DNA of 63,798 nt, the filler included, from Salisapilia sapeloensis CBS 127946 (lineage: Eukaryota; Protista; Oomycota): NCBI GenBank assembly GCA_023334545.1. It is 13 parts of 13 records of this genome, joined end to end, with 100 filler letters (N's around TTAATTAATTAA, not from the genome) between each part and the next. Parts side by side here need not be neighbours in the genome. Positions count along the whole stretch, not along the records: positions 61,757 to 63,798 come from JAADVB010000976.1; 12 more parts are not named here. One strand, given 5' to 3'. Positions within the stretch are counted from its first letter, which is position 1; every line of letters begins with the position of its first letter. A program made the translations under genes and the position numbers. Under the pieces are notes generated by a model. That model was not told where the DNA came from and ran no database searches. It worked only from the letters and a program-made list of their open reading frames with translations. Positions 62,866 through 63,798 of the stretch are shown piece by piece.

Positions 62866-63798
62866 GCATAGTGCCATGGCTAGTAGTAACAGACGATGCA
62901 CAGGGCTTTCGATTCCACCTACCTACGCATTAGTGTGCTTCTAAAGAACAAAACGATCGCTTGTGCGTCTGCTTTCTATTGTTTCGCAGCATTCTACTCA
63001 TTCTCCACCAGCGACCATTGTCAGCTTTAGGTGCAGACACACATAACCGCGATTCAGAGAACCTTGCTGGGACTCTTGTTTGCATGCTGGAACCGTACAG
63101 TGGATATCGCCTTTGTTAGTCATGCCGATGCAGCTGCTCTGGAAACAAACACCGTTTCGATGCTTGGTATAGACCTCTGCAAAATACCGCAAGTCGCGTG
63201 ACGATGAGGGGAGCAGTAGTGGTAGGTTTCTCTTTCCAGAGGAGGTATTAGAAGAGTTAGCGCATTGACTGGATGCCATCGTACATTTTGCCCTTGAGTG
63301 TTTACCATGGGCTAGCTCGTTAATATTAGCGGCAGGCGGAGTGGAAGATGTGCCTACGACAAGTCTTGTGTCAACCATGAAGACGTCGAAATTCGGCCGC
63401 CTATACCTGACTGACGAAAGTATGATAGATTTCTTTCATTTCATGGCAACTAGTTCCTTCCCTTGGCACGAGCACTCATGTTCATCCCACTGCGATCTAT
63501 CAGTGATTTCCAATCTAATCCAAGTTTCCACTGATGCGTCGTTTATAAAACCACAATATATGCTTCAACCCTTAGACAGTAAGTAGCTGTGAGGATCCAC
63601 TGAGTTCGAATGTGCATGTCCGAGTATAGTGATCGGACATGTCGGGACTGTATTCAACTCCGATTCCAACACGACTTGCACGATCCTACTTCTCGGATCT
63701 GAGTGCGGGATCCTTGCATTCGTGTAATAGGCAGGCTAACTGAGGACAAATCATGAAAGCGTCATTAAAGTAAGACAGCGCACAGAATGACAGAAAGA

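Noticed and set aside
62162-62869. 235-aa minus-strand ORF
   Set aside because: Antisense to the spliced PSMG2 gene, whose family motifs are on the plus strand.
63615-63641. 9-bp hairpin CATGTCCGA/TCGGACATG as a Helitron 3' end or terminator
   Set aside because: No CTRR at the expected distance on either strand. A single short stem is expected by chance in 64 kb.

Overview
Eukaryotic, intron-containing DNA, most likely from an oomycete. Evidence: short GT-AG introns mostly 50-60 nt, several near-matches to the oomycete Inr/FPR core promoter GCTCATTYYNCAWTTT, and typical oomycete gene families. The window is not one molecule. It is 13 contig pieces joined by twelve artificial 100-nt spacers (N44-TTAATTAATTAA-N44), so adjacency across spacers is unproven. 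Recognisable genes: GIN/DUF2807-domain protein, SEH1, a PH-domain protein, a BSD-domain protein, DNA polymerase epsilon catalytic subunit, PTGR3-like reductase, an MFS fragment, dienelactone hydrolase, ATP11, an alpha/beta hydrolase, short-form RNase Z, a bZIP factor, SMC5, tepsin, an RME-8-like protein, VMP1, a Ty3/Gypsy pol fragment, an ankyrin fragment, ARF1 (split and permuted), acid lipase, SWEET, a TKL-kinase tail, an LRR-receptor N-terminus and PSMG2/PAC2. Several of these are spliced or truncated and are missing or mis-framed in the ORF track. The best 'system' candidate is a 7.1-kb contig bounded by an exact 141-nt direct repeat. It holds LEA-like repeat genes sharing an identical promoter block, a spliced 59-aa secreted peptide with a GRR-GRR-GRR tail, and a 29-aa-repeat protein with four RVxF (PP1-docking-type) motifs. 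Also notable: a tepsin / apparently J-domain-less RME-8-like / VMP1 trafficking cluster, and lipase and SWEET contigs bounded by exact inverted 141-mers. All family calls come from recalled motifs; no database searches were run.
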